Part shown: piece after piece, positions 63,646-64,000 of the stretch
Position numbering within the stretch: position 1 is the first letter of the stretch
Layout of the letters: every line of letters begins with the position of its first letter
Assembly (NCBI GenBank): GCA_001643675.2
Contig: LSRY02000038.1
Coordinates: 744,001 to 808,000 of the forward strand
Direction of reading: 5' to 3'
Origin: Monocercomonoides exilis PA203
Lineage: Eukaryota > Protista > Preaxostyla
Length of the DNA stretch: 64,000 nt
Program-made: the position numbers and the translations under genes
Notes under the pieces: generated by a model
Database searches by the model: none
The model's input: only the letters and a program-made list of their open reading frames with translations
What the model was told of the DNA's origin: nothing

Positions 63646-63934
63646 ACAACTCGACTGATCTTTGTCAAACGACTGATCATTGTCCTTCGACTGATCTCGA
63701 CAAAGATCTGTCGATAACCCATTATTATAAATAGAATTTCTGAAAAAATAAGGTAAATTATTGATTTATCATTTCCATATTAAATTATGAATCTTTATAG
63801 ATAAAAAATAAAAAATAAAAAATAAAATTTTGTTTCGTTTTTCATTAACAAAAAATAAAAATAAAATTTAAAAAATTTTTAAATAATAAAAATAATTAAA
63901 CTCGACAAAATTGTCGGTCGAGTTGTCGAGTTGT
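63646..63934. mobile_element. Candidate small MITE
   Basis: ACAACTCGAC at 63646 and GTCGAGTTGT at 63917 and 63925. Clustered CGAC/GTCG motifs at both ends around an AT-rich core. Confidence 0.4.
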
Positions 63935-64000
63935 TTAAAAAATGTCTGTCGGTCGCAGAGGCTTATTAATAACCCAAGATATTTCACAAGAGACACGAAA

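Overview
Eukaryotic, AT-rich, transposon-dense genomic DNA with short GT-AG introns and the standard genetic code. The gene families (beta-helix/TM/pseudokinase giant, TmcB-like membrane protein, EK-rich helical family) look like an oxymonad such as Monocercomonoides; this is inference. The dominant structure is a ~17.8 kb palindrome (17941-35702). Two ~6.9 kb inverted arms each carry a G-rich Kelch/Cys-rich membrane protein gene. The 3.98 kb spacer is filled almost exactly by the coding core of a degenerate DIRS-type tyrosine-recombinase retrotransposon (gag-like, RT, RNase H, adenine MTase, YR). The arms are essentially identical over the inner ~3.3 kb and then diverge abruptly. Other contents: a TmcB/TmcC-like multipass protein ending in a hemerythrin-like domain; a 2601-aa receptor pseudokinase; three pogo-like DDE transposons sharing an intron position; two Merlin/ISXO2 elements (one with TIRs and an 8-bp TSD); a foldback MITE; and several pseudogene fragments (ABCC NBD, beta-helix family, helical family). 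No rRNA, tRNA or CRISPR array was recognised. All homology calls come from motif recognition by eye, not from searches.
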